From NCBI RefSeq assembly GCF_003334765.1, contig NZ_QOWT01000127.1: DNA of 386 nt; one strand, written 5' to 3'. Below the pieces are notes generated by a model. It ran no database searches. It saw only the letters and a list, made by a program, of their open reading frames with translations, and was not told where the DNA came from. Positions 1-386 of the stretch are shown in pieces. The first letter of the stretch is position 1. Each line of letters opens with the position of its first letter. This DNA comes from Escherichia coli. Lineage in GTDB: Bacteria > Pseudomonadota > Gammaproteobacteria > Enterobacterales > Enterobacteriaceae. A program made the translations under genes and the position numbers.

Positions 1-386
1 TATGCCGAATCGCTGAAAAAATTTCGTCATCCAGGGAACAAGATTGGCTGCATTGTGATGAACGCCAATCCCTTTACACAGGGTCACCGTTATCTGATTC
101 AACAGGCTGCGGCACAGTGCGACTGGCTGCATCTGTTTTTAGTTAAAGAAGATTCTTCACGCTTCCCCTATGAAGACCGGCTGGATCTGGTATTAAAAGG
201 CACCGCCGATATTCCACATCTGACTGTGCATCGCGGCTCCGAATACATCATCTCCCGTGCCACGTTCCCCTGCTACTTCATTAAAGAACAGAGCGTCATC
301 AACCATTGCTACACCGAAATTGATCTGAAGATTTTCCGTCAGTACCTCGCTCCCGCGCTGGGTGTAACTCACCGCTTTGTCGGTAC
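1..386 (+). CDS. citC: [Citrate (pro-3S)-lyase] ligase (citrate lyase synthetase), internal fragment; partial at both ends, frame 1, last complete codon 382-384
   Basis: Seen in sequence: frame 1 has no stop codon over 128 codons, whereas + frames 2 and 3 contain multiple TGA/TAA/TAG (e.g. 14-16, 56-58, 95-97, 140-142, 144-146, 171-173, 282-284). The reverse strand has stops in every frame, with the longest open stretch about 64 codons. The translation (…KIGCIVMNANPFTQGHRYLIQQAAAQCDWLHLFLVKEDSSRFPYEDRLDLVLKGTADIPHLTVHRGSEYIISRATFPCYFIKEQSVINHCYTEIDLKIFRQYLAPALGVTHRFVGT) matches my recollection of E. coli CitC over essentially its whole length, including the T-x-G-H motif and the conserved GVTHRFVGTEP region. 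Codon usage is typical of Enterobacteriaceae. The identification rests on recalled homology, not a database search. Confidence 0.86.
76..87 (+). other. citC: T-x-G-H nucleotide-binding signature (T-Q-G-H; codons aca cag ggt cac) of the cytidylyltransferase-like / citrate-lyase-ligase C-terminal domain
   Basis: Seen in sequence: codons 76-87 encode TQGH, directly preceded by a hydrophobic stretch then N-A-N-P-F (GCIVMNANPF). Established knowledge: the (H/T)xGH motif following a hydrophobic beta-strand is the ATP-binding signature of the nucleotidyltransferase alpha/beta phosphodiesterase superfamily, to which the CitC C-terminal domain belongs. Confidence 0.7.

Noticed and set aside
16-24. A6T3 homopolymer tract (aaaaaattt), a potential slippage or frameshift-prone site
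   Set aside because: It simply encodes Lys-Lys-Phe in the conserved frame. The reading frame continues uninterrupted and no alternative frame is open downstream, so there is no evidence of programmed frameshifting or phase variation.
136-146. T5 run followed by an A-rich stretch (tttttagttaaag), superficially resembling a terminator U-tract
   Set aside because: There is no GC-rich inverted repeat or stem-loop immediately upstream, and it lies mid-gene encoding L-F-L-V-K. It is not an intrinsic terminator.
184-187. GATC (Dam methylation) site; a second one lies at 322-325
   Set aside because: Two GATC sites in 386 bp is about the random expectation. They are not clustered or near a promoter or origin-like context, so there is no regulatory significance.
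194-386. Longest open stretch on the reverse strand (about 64 codons, bounded by a stop whose complement is TTA at 193-195)
   Set aside because: It is short, fully embedded in a + strand frame with strong homology support, and I see no recognisable protein similarity or convincing start context. This is the expected antisense open stretch within a genuine gene.
1-386. The prompt's suggestion that the window may contain a novel, undescribed biological system
   Set aside because: The window is fully explained by a single well-characterised metabolic gene fragment (citC). There is no unexplained sequence, repeat architecture, or anomalous composition that would support a novel system.

Overview
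The whole 386-bp window is an internal fragment of a single + strand coding sequence, with no start or stop codon in the window. Frame 1 (codons starting at 1, 4, 7, ...) is open across all 128 complete codons, while the other two + frames and all three - frames are repeatedly interrupted by stops. The conceptual translation is YAESLKKFRHPGNKIGCIVMNANPFTQGHRYLIQQAAAQCDWLHLFLVKEDSSRFPYEDRLDLVLKGTADIPHLTVHRGSEYIISRATFPCYFIKEQSVINHCYTEIDLKIFRQYLAPALGVTHRFVGT. I recognise this as the central part of enterobacterial (Escherichia/Shigella-type) [citrate (pro-3S)-lyase] ligase, CitC, covering the start of its C-terminal nucleotidyltransferase-like domain including the T-x-G-H nucleotide-binding motif. 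There are no RNA genes, repeats, CRISPR elements, mobile-element ends, promoters or terminators that I can support. I do not see evidence of a novel or undescribed system here; this looks like an ordinary segment of a known anaerobic citrate-fermentation gene.
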